64,000 nt of DNA from NCBI GenBank assembly GCA_045594125.1, contig JAZNXX010000003.1, forward strand, positions 17,924-81,923, given 5' to 3'. The notes beneath the pieces are model-generated. The model was given only the letters and a program-made list of their open reading frames with translations. It ran no database searches and was not told the origin of the DNA. The DNA is from Candidatus Egerieisoma sp. GTDB taxonomy: Bacteria; Bacteroidota; Bacteroidia; Bacteroidales; UBA932. A program made the position numbers and the translations under genes. Of this stretch, positions 1-8,781 are shown piece by piece. Numbering within the stretch: the stretch's first letter is position 1; every line of letters starts with the position of its first letter.

Positions 1-81
1 GTAAGGTACAAGACAATGAATATTCTTGTCAATAAAGCTGCTGTACCGTCACATATTCTTGAAAAATTGAAATAATATCTG

Positions 82-528
82 GTGTATAGATATTCGCATA
101 CTGATATTGAGCGGTTTCTGGAGGCACAGGATTTTCCTTTCTCCGGATATGATGTTGCATTGGAGGAGATTAGGGCGGGGGAGAAGATGAGCCATTGGAT
201 CTGGTATATATTTCCGCAACTTAGGACTCTTGGCAAGAGCAACCACGCGATATATTATGGCATAGCAGATAGTGATGAGGCCTGGAGGTATCTTGCCAAT
301 CCTACATTGAACTTAAGGATTAGGGAGATTACCCAGGCTTTATTGGAACATAAGGAGAAGAGCGCAGTTGAGATTTTGGGCCATATCGATGCCCTCAAGG
401 TGCGCTCTTCAATGACAATGTTTGATTGCATCTCTCCCGACGATATTTTTCAGGAGGTGCTTGATGCCTTTTATGACGGCACCCGTTGCCAACTGACACT
501 TGCGGCAATGGCGGAGGATATGGGGTAA
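82..528 (+). CDS. DUF1810 family protein
   Basis: 148-aa ORF with a GTG start. The N-terminal 'SHWIWYIFPQL..LG.S..A..YGI' signature is recognised from memory as DUF1810. Confidence 0.75.
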   Translation: MYRYSHTDIERFLEAQDFPFSGYDVALEEIRAGEKMSHWIWYIFPQLRTLGKSNHAIYYGIADSDEAWRYLANPTLNLRIREITQALLEHKEKSAVEILGHIDALKVRSSMTMFDCISPDDIFQEVLDAFYDGTRCQLTLAAMAEDMG

Positions 529-555
529 TGTCCTGCCGCTTGTTGATACGGCTCT

Positions 556-1461
556 CTAATTAAGTTGTTGGAGTGCCGATTGGGCGTTTTCTTCATACTC
601 CTGAATTCCGCACTCCTTGAGGATGTTGAGATATTTTATTGCATCCTCTCTCTTTCCCTGCATTTTGCAAAGGATTGCAAGGTTTGTCATAATGAGATAA
701 TCATCTGGTGAAACCGTCAAGGCTTTTCTGTAATACTCCTCAGCTTTCTCATATTCACCCTTATAATATGCAGTGCTACCAAGATCGGAGATATATATTG
801 CATTCTCAGGGAAACGATTATGTGCCTTCTCTACCAGTAAGGAGGCAAGATCTATCTCTCCGGCATCCATAAGGTATGCAAAATATTCCTGGAGACCTTC
901 GGTAAAGAGCTCATAGCTGTCGGTGCGTTCTTCCGAAAAGTTCCATTTCCAAACTGCCCCGTTAACTGTGGAGCGGTCAATTGCTTTCAGCAATATCGCA
1001 ATGCATCCTTCGTAGTTGCCGCTGTAGTACATAACGTGAGCCTTGCCAAAGTAGAAGTCAAGTCTGTCGGGATAGAGGGCAATACCCTCATCAATCTTTT
1101 TGAATCCTTTTTCCAATAGCTCATCCTTAGTATATATGGCCTCCCCTAAATATCCGGCAATATTTCCGGTGGTGTCGGTAAAAGGAATGTATTCTCCCTT
1201 GAGAGGCTTCTCTTTTGAAATTGTAACCATACTTTCGATGGAGACGAGAAAATAGTAGTTGAGCCAAAGTGAATAAATCTCGGCATATTGGGGATTCTCC
1301 GCTTCCCAACTCTCCAGATCCAATCTCGCCTGTTCATATCTCTTTTCGTTTAAGCTGGTAATGATTTCGTAGAATCTGTTTGAGTTGTTTTGGCTGTTTT
1401 GGCCATACAACTGGAAGATAAATAGTATTGTAACCAATAATGTAGAGATAAATTTAAGCAT
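556..1461 (-). CDS. secreted tetratricopeptide-repeat protein
   Basis: 301-aa ORF with an N-terminal hydrophobic signal (LLVTILFIFQLYG). TPR-like repeats, e.g. 'YYKGEYEKAEEYYRKALTVSPDD' and 'GKREDAIKYLNIL'. Confidence 0.7.
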   Translation of the reverse strand: MLKFISTLLVTILFIFQLYGQNSQNNSNRFYEIITSLNEKRYEQARLDLESWEAENPQYAEIYSLWLNYYFLVSIESMVTISKEKPLKGEYIPFTDTTGNIAGYLGEAIYTKDELLEKGFKKIDEGIALYPDRLDFYFGKAHVMYYSGNYEGCIAILLKAIDRSTVNGAVWKWNFSEERTDSYELFTEGLQEYFAYLMDAGEIDLASLLVEKAHNRFPENAIYISDLGSTAYYKGEYEKAEEYYRKALTVSPDDYLIMTNLAILCKMQGKREDAIKYLNILKECGIQEYEENAQSALQQLN

Positions 1462-1572
1462 AACTTTCTGATTGCTTTATTTTGACAATTGGTGTTCCGG
1501 AGCCTAATCTGCAAAGTTATTCAATATTATCAGCAAATGCAATGGAAAGAAAATTTTTAGTTGTAAATTTGG

Positions 1573-2142
1573 GTGATTAAATTATTGGGTTTTATGTTGG
1601 TAATTCATCCGGAAGACAGGACAACTGCATTTCTCTCTATCCTTTATGATGGGAGGGAGGTGCGTCTTGCAGATCAGAGAACTGATAATTCCCAGTTGAA
1701 ACATCTGTTGAACCATACATCCAGATCGGAGAGGATCATGTTGCTGGGCCACGGCTCTGATTGCGGATTGTTTTCGAGGGAAAATGACAGGGGCGGGCAA
1801 TTTGACAGGCTGATAATCCAACACTCTCACGCATATTATTTGCGCAGACATAGCGGCAATATCATTGGAATCTGGTGTCACGCAGATCTGTTTGCCAGAA
1901 AAGAGGGACTGCACGGACTCTATTCAGGAATGATAATATCAGAAGAACCGGAGGCACAGGAGTATGGAATCATTGCCACTCAACAGATTATAGATGAGGC
2001 CAATCAGAAGATGTTTGGCCAGTTGCGCCAGCTGCTTGATGAGGGGTGCCCTCTGCACGAAATCCCCTGCCGTCTCAAGGCGATGGATGAAATCAGATCA
2101 CAGTTGACAGAGTTCAACTACAGCAGTTTTTATTATCTGTAA
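1573..2142 (+). CDS. hypothetical protein (orphan)
   Basis: 189-aa ORF with a GTG start; an alternative ATG lies at 1594. No family recognised. Followed by the terminator at 2218-2253. Confidence 0.5.
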   Translation: MIKLLGFMLVIHPEDRTTAFLSILYDGREVRLADQRTDNSQLKHLLNHTSRSERIMLLGHGSDCGLFSRENDRGGQFDRLIIQHSHAYYLRRHSGNIIGIWCHADLFARKEGLHGLYSGMIISEEPEAQEYGIIATQQIIDEANQKMFGQLRQLLDEGCPLHEIPCRLKAMDEIRSQLTEFNYSSFYYL

Positions 2143-2217
2143 TCTGCAAGGGAAGAGTAATAAAGATAATTAACTGAGAAAGACTCTCCAAGAGTAAACC
2201 AAACCAGAATAAACAAC

Positions 2218-2253
2218 AAAAAAAGCAGCTACATTGTGTTGTAACTGCTTTTT
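2218..2253. terminator. bidirectional rho-independent terminator
   Basis: Stem agcagctaca/tgtaactgct pairs 9 of 10 positions, with a 6-nt loop. It is flanked by an A-run on one side and a T-run on the other. It lies between the 3' ends of the 1573-2142 ORF and tRNA-Phe. Confidence 0.6.
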
Positions 2254-2257
2254 CATG

Positions 2258-2330
2258 TGGTGTCACCAGGAATCGAACCGGGGACACAAGGATTTTCAGT
2301 CCTTTGCTCTACCAACTGAGCTATGACACC
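2258..2330 (-). tRNA. tRNA-Phe (anticodon GAA)
   Basis: The reverse complement GGTGTCATAGCTCAGTTGGTAGAGCAAAGGACTGAAAATCCTTGTGTCCCCGGTTCGATTCCTGGTGACACCA folds as a cloverleaf. The anticodon loop is CTGAAAA and the T-loop is GGTTCGATTCC. CCA is not encoded. Confidence 0.92.
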
Positions 2331-2368
2331 ATCTTTTGTTTACCAACGGTGTTTCCCGTTTGGGATTG

Positions 2369-2399
2369 CAAAGATAGGCATTATTTTTAATAATCCAAA
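2369..2399 (-). promoter_or_regulatory. Bacteroides-type promoter for tRNA-Phe (TTTG-N19-TAtcTTTG)
   Basis: On the minus strand, TATCTTTG lies at 2376-2369 and TTTG at 2399-2396, with 19-nt spacing. This matches the published Bacteroides -33/-7 consensus. It is 39 nt upstream of the mature 5' end. Confidence 0.5.
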
Positions 2400-2537
2400 T
2401 TTATTTGATAAAATTCTTTAATTTTTTTGTTTTTTTTCATTGGGGGAAACTTTTATAAGCATTCGGAGCAACTTTTATGAGGTTTTTCTCACCCCCATCT
2501 TCCATTTTTTTTACTTTGACAAGTGGCTGTTGCTGCT

Positions 2538-2545
2538 TATCTTTG
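2538..2545 (+). promoter_or_regulatory. candidate -7 box (TAtcTTTG) upstream of priA
   Basis: Exact TAnnTTTG motif 48 nt upstream of the priA ATG. Confidence 0.35.
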
Positions 2546-2592
2546 CATAGGCATATCTTATGCCGCCTTTTGTGAGAGTGTGATTCCGTTAT

Positions 2593-4647
2593 ATGTGCAA
2601 TTGTCAGGAATATATATATTTATCGGTTATCTTGCCAGTGAAGTTCAGGGGCAAGATAAGTTATATTGCAGATAAATCATTGGGCGACAGTATATCTGTA
2701 GGGTCTTGGGTTAAGGTTGATCTTACAGGTAGAGTCTACCCTGCAATTGTCAGGGAGGTAACATCATCACCCGACAGTTCAAATCCTGATATTCTCTATA
2801 AGGAGATTCTGGAGGTGATGGATGAGGAGCCTGTCTCGCCTCTGATGATAAAATTCTGGCAAATGATGGCGGATTACTACCTATGTACTGTTGGAGAGCT
2901 CTTTAAGGCTGCCTATCCGTCAATGGTTGTCAGACAGGGCAGCGTAAGGTCGCGTGAAGTGCCTGCAGACTTCTTTAAGAAGATTGCCCAGGAGAGTATC
3001 TCTGAACCGGTATTGTCAGAGGCTCAGGGGAGGGCTATCGGGAGAATCCGACACTTCTTTAAAGATGATATGGTGCCAGTCCTTCTGCAGGGTGTTACAG
3101 GGAGTGGAAAGACAGAGATCTATGTTTCGCTTGCCGCAGATTATCTTAAGAGAGGTAAGAGCGTGCTCTTTATGGTTCCGGAGATTGCTCTTACTAAACA
3201 GCTGCAGGAGCGTCTCAAGGGATTTTTTGGAGAGCGGCTTCTGGTTTACCATTCCAAACGGACGGTAGCCCAAAAGGGTAGGATACATAGAATTCTGTCG
3301 GGACACTATGCAAAGGAGTCGGGAGTTGGCTCTCCTGATGAGGCAATGGTTGTACTTGGAACAAGGTCGGCTCTCTTTTTGCCATTCAGAAATTTGGGAC
3401 TGATTGTGGTTGATGAGGAACACGATTCGAGTTACAAACAGAGTGAGCCGGCGCCAAGGTATCAGGCTCGTGACAGTGCAATTATGCTCTCCAGCCTTTA
3501 CGGAGCCAATATTCTGCTCGGATCGGCAACTCCATCGCTTGAAAGCGAATACAACTGCAGTATAGGCAGATTCCGGAAGGTTCTCCTTACGGAGAGGTAT
3601 TTTGGCTATTCTCCTGTTGATATTACAATTATTGATACAATCTGGGCCAGGAAGAGCGGCCAGATGAGGGGGAATTTTTCCCAGCAGCTCATCAATGCAA
3701 TAGGAAGCAATCTTGAAAAGGGAGGACAGGTTCTTGTCTTCAGGAACCGCCGTTCATATTCTCCCATAGTGGAGTGCAGTGAGTGCGGAACCATTGCAAA
3801 GTGTCCAGAGTGTAATGTCTATCTGAGTTATCATAAATATAACAATACATTACGATGCCATTATTGCGACTACTCAAAAGAGGCAAACAGATGGTGTAGT
3901 GAGTGCGGAAACGAATCGATGGTCTATAAGGGTGCCGGAACGGAGAGAATTGAGGATGAATTGAGGGAGATCTTCCCGCAATACAGGATAGAGAGGTTTG
4001 ATGCCGATATTGCAGCAAGCAAGAGGGAAGAGGAGAGGGTGCTGGGGGCATTTGCCTCCGGTGAAGTTGATATACTTGTAGGCACGCAGATGTTGAGCAA
4101 GGGGTTTGATTTCAAGAATCTCAATATGGTTGTTGTGCTTCAGGCAGATACCATCTGGGGAATACAGGATTTCAGGGCAGACGAGAGGGCTCTTCAGCTC
4201 TTGAGCCAGTTGACAGGACGGACAGGCAGAAGAGGCCAGAAATCGGCTATTTTGATCCAGACAAACCAGAAAGAGTATCCTGTACTCAAGCAGTTGGGAA
4301 ATATATTGCAGAGTGGAGTTCCCGCTATAGCACCGCTTCTAAGGGAGAGATGCGATTTCTCTTTTGTCCCTTATGTCAGGATGGTGAAGATCTCTGTCAA
4401 ACATAAGAATCCTGAGAAACTCAATGTCATTGTGGAAGAGGTGGGCAAATTGCTTGGTGCAATTGGGGCCAAAGAGGTGACAGGACCCTTTATCCCTCCA
4501 GTAGATAGAGTGAGGGGTGAGTGGATAAGATCTTTCTATGTCAAGTTTGCACGTGATTCCAGACTTGCCGGACTTAAGAACAGGCTTATTGCAGGAATAG
4601 AGCAGCTTAAGGTTGGCAATGGTGTAATAGTGGATGTGGATCCGTAA
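2593..4647 (+). CDS. priA: primosomal protein N' (replication restart helicase PriA)
   Basis: 684 aa. Walker A 'GVTGSGKTEIY', DEAH-like 'VVDEEHDSSYK', Cys-rich zinc region 'CSECGTIAKCPECNVYLSYH...LRCHYCDY...CSECG', and helicase motif VI 'QLTGRTGRR'. Confidence 0.92.
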   Translation: MCNCQEYIYLSVILPVKFRGKISYIADKSLGDSISVGSWVKVDLTGRVYPAIVREVTSSPDSSNPDILYKEILEVMDEEPVSPLMIKFWQMMADYYLCTVGELFKAAYPSMVVRQGSVRSREVPADFFKKIAQESISEPVLSEAQGRAIGRIRHFFKDDMVPVLLQGVTGSGKTEIYVSLAADYLKRGKSVLFMVPEIALTKQLQERLKGFFGERLLVYHSKRTVAQKGRIHRILSGHYAKESGVGSPDEAMVVLGTRSALFLPFRNLGLIVVDEEHDSSYKQSEPAPRYQARDSAIMLSSLYGANILLGSATPSLESEYNCSIGRFRKVLLTERYFGYSPVDITIIDTIWARKSGQMRGNFSQQLINAIGSNLEKGGQVLVFRNRRSYSPIVECSECGTIAKCPECNVYLSYHKYNNTLRCHYCDYSKEANRWCSECGNESMVYKGAGTERIEDELREIFPQYRIERFDADIAASKREEERVLGAFASGEVDILVGTQMLSKGFDFKNLNMVVVLQADTIWGIQDFRADERALQLLSQLTGRTGRRGQKSAILIQTNQKEYPVLKQLGNILQSGVPAIAPLLRERCDFSFVPYVRMVKISVKHKNPEKLNVIVEEVGKLLGAIGAKEVTGPFIPPVDRVRGEWIRSFYVKFARDSRLAGLKNRLIAGIEQLKVGNGVIVDVDP

Positions 4648-4668
4648 GTTTCCCGCTTGCCCGTGCAG

Positions 4669-5709
4669 TTAATGCAATATTCTCGATATGAGTTCTATCA
4701 GGAGGTCACCCTCTGTAGCTGTGCCGCTGTTTCCACTCTTGAATTTATAGTCGCACTCCTTTATGGCGGCTATGATTCCCATTACCTTGGGGTAGGTGTA
4801 ATTGCGTATAGCTGTTGCATACTCTTTCTCCTGATATCCATAAGCTCCAGCCTGCTTGGCTGCGCTCTCAGGTGAACATTTCAACTGTTTTAGATAGGAG
4901 TAGGCTTTCAAGAGTTTGGTGAAGTAGAAGAAAAGTGCTCCCAAAGTCATTGCAAGCGGATATTTTTTTGGATTCTCTCCAAAATGGAATGCCACTTTGT
5001 AGGCCTTTTCCGCATTGCGGAAGGAGAGGGCTTTACACAATTCAAATGCTGAGAATTCACGGCTGACACCAATGTTTACCTCTATATCCCTAATAGTAAT
5101 CTCCTTAACACCGTCGGGAAGGCTTTTAATCAGTTTGTCAATCTCCAGAACAATTTTTCTCAGATTATTGCCGGTATATTCAGCCATCAGGGCGGCAGCT
5201 TCTCCGGTAATTGAGATCTCCTTTCCCGACAGGTATCCCATTATCCATTCGGCAACCTTCCACTCCGGAACAGCAGAAGATTCAAAAATCTCAGCTTTCC
5301 CTTTGAGTGATTTGTAGAATGTTCCCCTTTTGTCGATGCTTTTGTTTGTATAGACAAGGGCAAGCACACTCTCAGGAGCAGGAGATTGTGCATATATCTC
5401 AAGTGAATTCAGTCCTATAAGGTTCTGGGCCTCCTTTACAATGATAAGCTGCCTCTCTGCAAAGACAGGGTATCTTCTGGCAAGTGTGGCAATCTCAGCA
5501 CCGTTAGTATCGGAACCATATACGATTGTCTGGTTGAAATCTCTCTCAGAGGGTTGAAGCACATTGTTTATCAACTCATCTACAAGGATATCGGAATAAT
5601 AAGGCTCCTCACCCATAAAGAGGTAGATCTCCTTGAATTTTCCCGCCTTGATATCATTCAGAATCGCATTGAATTGGATTGAATTGTCCTGTGCCTGCTG
5701 CTTTGCCAT
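4669..5709 (-). CDS. holA: DNA polymerase III subunit delta
   Basis: 346 aa. The N-terminus 'IKAGKFKEIYLFMGEEPYYSDILVDEL' and the overall length are typical of HolA. Confidence 0.85.
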   Translation of the reverse strand: MAKQQAQDNSIQFNAILNDIKAGKFKEIYLFMGEEPYYSDILVDELINNVLQPSERDFNQTIVYGSDTNGAEIATLARRYPVFAERQLIIVKEAQNLIGLNSLEIYAQSPAPESVLALVYTNKSIDKRGTFYKSLKGKAEIFESSAVPEWKVAEWIMGYLSGKEISITGEAAALMAEYTGNNLRKIVLEIDKLIKSLPDGVKEITIRDIEVNIGVSREFSAFELCKALSFRNAEKAYKVAFHFGENPKKYPLAMTLGALFFYFTKLLKAYSYLKQLKCSPESAAKQAGAYGYQEKEYATAIRNYTYPKVMGIIAAIKECDYKFKSGNSGTATEGDLLIELISRILH

Positions 5710-5768
5710 ATCAGTGTAATATATGCCATAAAAGTAAACAAATTTCCACCAACAACAAATTTTAATCT

Positions 5769-5776
5769 TATCTTTG
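5769..5776 (+). promoter_or_regulatory. candidate -7 box (TAtcTTTG)
   Basis: Exact TAnnTTTG motif 26 nt upstream of the 5802 ATG. Confidence 0.35.
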
Positions 5777-5801
5777 TGGAGGTTTTATTTTGTTCCGGTG
5801 A

Positions 5802-6215
5802 ATGAAAGATCTTGTCTATGACCCGTTAAGGAGAAAGTATGTTGCTCTGACTCCAGAAGAGAGGATAAGGCAGTCCCTGATTGTCTGGTTGAATAAGGAG
5901 AGAGGGTATCCCCTCCAGCTTATGGCAAGTGAATATTCAATTGGGTACAACAACAGAAAGTTCAGATGTGATATAGTCTGTTTCAACAAGAGGCTTGAGC
6001 CATTATTGATTGTGGAGTGCAAGTCGCCGGAGATAAAATTGGGAAATGCCGTTCTGGAGCAGATAAGCAGATATAATCTTCAGATGAGAGTTCCTTATCT
6101 TGTAATAACAAATGGAACAAATACTTATGTCTGTAGATATAATGCGGAAGAAGGGGAGGGTAAGTATGAGTTCATAACAGATATTCCCGATTACAATTCC
6201 ATTAAACAGAATTAA
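5802..6215 (+). CDS. HsdR N-terminal (PD-(D/E)xK) domain protein, stand-alone
   Basis: 137 aa with 'CDIVCF...PLLIVECK' (D...ExK). Its position next to holA is a common Bacteroidota arrangement. Confidence 0.7.
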   Translation: MKDLVYDPLRRKYVALTPEERIRQSLIVWLNKERGYPLQLMASEYSIGYNNRKFRCDIVCFNKRLEPLLIVECKSPEIKLGNAVLEQISRYNLQMRVPYLVITNGTNTYVCRYNAEEGEGKYEFITDIPDYNSIKQN

Positions 6216-6232
6216 ACAGTAGCAGAGAGACA

Positions 6233-7663
6233 ATGAATAGAGAGATGGAAATCAACAGAGAGATGGATACAAAAGAGTTTTTGCGCCACAGGATTTTTGG
6301 GATAATCTCCGAGGTGGCGGCAGAGAGCGGAGTGAGGGCATTTGCCATAGGAGGGTATGTGAGGGATTGTTTTTTGAAAAGACCATCCAAGGATATTGAT
6401 ATAGTGGTTGAGGGGAGCGGTATTGAGATAGCAAGAAAAGTGGCGGCAGCTGTAGGAAGCAGGGTATCGGTATTTGAAAATTTCGGTACTGCAATGTTCA
6501 GGTGCGACGGAGTGGAGATAGAATTTGTAGGGGCAAGAAAAGAGTCATACAGGAGAAATTCGAGAAAACCGATTGTGGAGGATGGAACTCTTGAGGATGA
6601 CCAGGAGAGAAGGGATTTTACCATCAATGCTATGGCCTTCTCGTTACAGAAAGAGGATTTCGGACGGCTTGTAGATCCCTTCAACGGTATTTCTGATATG
6701 CAGGTAGGTCTTATAAGAACCCCTCTTGATCCCGATACGACCTACAGCGACGATCCATTGAGAATGATAAGGGCCATAAGGTTTGCAACCCAGCTTATGT
6801 TTGAAATTGTGCCGGAGTCGCTTGAATCCATCTCCAGAAACAAAGGGAGGCTCTCTATCCTTTCAAGGGAGAGGATAAGCGACGAACTCAACAAGATATT
6901 GTTGTCACCCAAACCTTCAATAGGGTTCTGCCTTTTGGAGAAGACAGGTCTCCTTGAACTGATAATACCCCAGCTTGTCAAGTTGAGGGGGGTGGAGACT
7001 CTTGAAGGCAAAGGGCATAAAGATAATTTTGCCCATACAATGCAGGTATTGGATAATGTTGCTGAAAAGAGTGACAATCTCTGGCTTAGATGGGCGGCGC
7101 TATTGCACGATATAGGAAAGCCTCTTGTGAAGAAGTTTGAACCTGGAATAGGGTGGACATTCCATAGCCACGATTTTGTGGGTGGAAAGATGGTCAGGGA
7201 GATTTTTGTAGGCCTGAAGATGCCTCAGAATGAGAAGATGAAGTATGTGCAGAAGATGGTACAGCTCCATCTCAGACCGATAGCTCTTGTTCAGGATGAG
7301 GTGACAGACTCCGCAGTGCGCCGGTTGCTCTTTGATGCGGGGGATGATATAAATGACCTGATGATTCTATGCGAGGCTGACATCACCTCAAAGAATGACA
7401 GGACCGTTGCAAAACATAAAGGAAATTATCTGCTTGTCAGACAGAAACTTGTTGAAGTTGAGGAGAAAGACAGGATCAGAAACTTCAACAATCCGATAAA
7501 TGGCGAAATTATAATGAAGAGGTATAATATAGAGCCTTGTCACGAAATCGGAATAATCAAGGAGTATGTAAAGGAGGCTATTCTTGAGGGGGTAATTGAG
7601 AATAATTTTGAACAGGCCTATGCCTTGATGGAGAAGAAGGCGGCTGAACTCGGACTCAAGTAA
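6233..7663 (+). CDS. cca: CCA tRNA nucleotidyltransferase / poly(A) polymerase family with HD domain
   Basis: 476 aa with 'GGYVRDCFL..PSKDIDIVV', 'RRDFTINAMA' and the HD motif 'LLHDIGKP'. Confidence 0.85.
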   Translation: MNREMEINREMDTKEFLRHRIFGIISEVAAESGVRAFAIGGYVRDCFLKRPSKDIDIVVEGSGIEIARKVAAAVGSRVSVFENFGTAMFRCDGVEIEFVGARKESYRRNSRKPIVEDGTLEDDQERRDFTINAMAFSLQKEDFGRLVDPFNGISDMQVGLIRTPLDPDTTYSDDPLRMIRAIRFATQLMFEIVPESLESISRNKGRLSILSRERISDELNKILLSPKPSIGFCLLEKTGLLELIIPQLVKLRGVETLEGKGHKDNFAHTMQVLDNVAEKSDNLWLRWAALLHDIGKPLVKKFEPGIGWTFHSHDFVGGKMVREIFVGLKMPQNEKMKYVQKMVQLHLRPIALVQDEVTDSAVRRLLFDAGDDINDLMILCEADITSKNDRTVAKHKGNYLLVRQKLVEVEEKDRIRNFNNPINGEIIMKRYNIEPCHEIGIIKEYVKEAILEGVIENNFEQAYALMEKKAAELGLK

Positions 7664-7805
7664 TACCCGTATCGGGCTCTGCAAGAATATCGGTTGCAAG
7701 AGTATCAGACTGCAAGAGAGAAGGGCAACTTCGCACGGCACCCGGCAGGATGTCACTTGAAGCTGCCCTCTCTTTTTATCGCTTTATTGAAATTCGTAAA
7801 ACTCT

Positions 7806-8279
7806 CTAGAAACAGTATCTTACGCCAAAAGCTATACCTGTCCAGTCTGCCTCGTTGTCTGGGGTAAAGTAGAATCCGGGACGATAGTCAACTGAGAGCA
7901 GAAGGGGAATCTTCGGGAATGTATACTCAATACCGGCCTGGGCAAGAACTCCGAGACTGAATCCCTCCTTGAAGTCATTGTTGCTCCACGCTCCCATACC
8001 TGCACCGGCTCCAGCATACCATTGCCATATTCCGGATGTATTTACAGGAAGGTCAAAGAGCCATTGGTATGTTGCTCCTGCTGAAAATCCATATCTGTTG
8101 AAACCCAATGTTCCCTCAATTCTGCTTGATGGGGCCAGATATCTTTGGTAAGAGAGGTCTGCTCCCCAGCCTCCCCTTATACCTATGGCATTTTTGTAGC
8201 CATTGCCGCCCTGGGCATTGGCCGAAAGTGAAAATAGAGATGCCAAAACTACGGTAGTCAAAAACAATAATCTCTTCAT
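7806..8279 (-). CDS. small outer-membrane beta-barrel protein
   Basis: The start was moved to MKRLLFLTTVVLASLFSLSANAQ, which gives a signal peptide. The sequence is Gly/aromatic-rich with alternating beta-strands and ends in C-terminal 'GVRYCF'. Confidence 0.65.
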   Translation of the reverse strand: MKRLLFLTTVVLASLFSLSANAQGGNGYKNAIGIRGGWGADLSYQRYLAPSSRIEGTLGFNRYGFSAGATYQWLFDLPVNTSGIWQWYAGAGAGMGAWSNNDFKEGFSLGVLAQAGIEYTFPKIPLLLSVDYRPGFYFTPDNEADWTGIAFGVRYCF

Positions 8280-8292
8280 AATACTACTCAAT

Positions 8293-8778
8293 TTATAATT
8301 GTTTTGCTGCAATAAATTTGCCAAAAATGCGGGCTGCCGACTCCACCATCATTGCACAGGGCCTTTTTTTATAATATTCTGCTGTCCTTTCCTGCGCAAT
8401 ATGTGTTATCCCGTTCTCCTTTATATCCCCCAATCCGAGGAGCTCCCCACAATTGAGAGAGCGGTTTTCAGCCTTGAATGCCGCTGCAAGTTCCTGTACT
8501 ACTTTGTAATTGGCCGATTTGCCCTTTCCATCCGACGGATCTGTGGACCCACACTCCATTCCTGCAAGGATGAACATTCCGCAGGCGGCACCGCAGGTCT
8601 CGCGCATCCTTCCTATTCCTCCTCCAAAAGAGGAGGCTATCCTGAGCATTGTCTCAATATCTGCATTATAATAATCGGCCCAGGCGCCAACAACACTCTG
8701 AGAACAGTTGTAGCCCTGTTTGAAGAGCTCCACTGCCTTGGCTACCCTCATTTCAATATCTTGATCGGTAATCTTCAT
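8293..8778 (-). CDS. C_GCAxxG_C_C family protein
   Basis: 161 aa with 'YNCSQSV' and 'ETCGAACGMFILAG' (C-GCAxxG) motifs. Confidence 0.8.
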   Translation of the reverse strand: MKITDQDIEMRVAKAVELFKQGYNCSQSVVGAWADYYNADIETMLRIASSFGGGIGRMRETCGAACGMFILAGMECGSTDPSDGKGKSANYKVVQELAAAFKAENRSLNCGELLGLGDIKENGITHIAQERTAEYYKKRPCAMMVESAARIFGKFIAAKQL

Positions 8779-8781
8779 ATT

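Noticed and set aside
1-75. Open frame running from the window edge to a TAA at 73-75 (…VRYKTMNILVNKAAVPSHILEKLK*).
   Set aside because: It is too short (24 codons) to identify or to distinguish from non-coding sequence, so it is not reported as a feature.
5802-6215. The HsdR_N-domain ORF as evidence of a type I restriction-modification system.
   Set aside because: It is a stand-alone 137-aa domain with no hsdM, hsdS or helicase part nearby. This small gene is routinely found next to holA in Bacteroidota and is not an RM system.
6202-6684. 160-aa minus-strand ORF overlapping the 5' part of cca. Analogous antisense ORFs include 8299-8787, 11205-11783, 18238-18756 and 22486-22926.
   Set aside because: All lie opposite well-supported genes and translate to Ser/Leu/Ile-rich low-complexity sequence. 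I treated them as non-coding.
8293-8324. Apparent 32-nt overlap between the C_GCAxxG gene end and the beta-barrel gene start.
   Set aside because: It is an artefact of taking the longest ORF. The signal peptide starts at the internal Met (start 8279), which removes the overlap.
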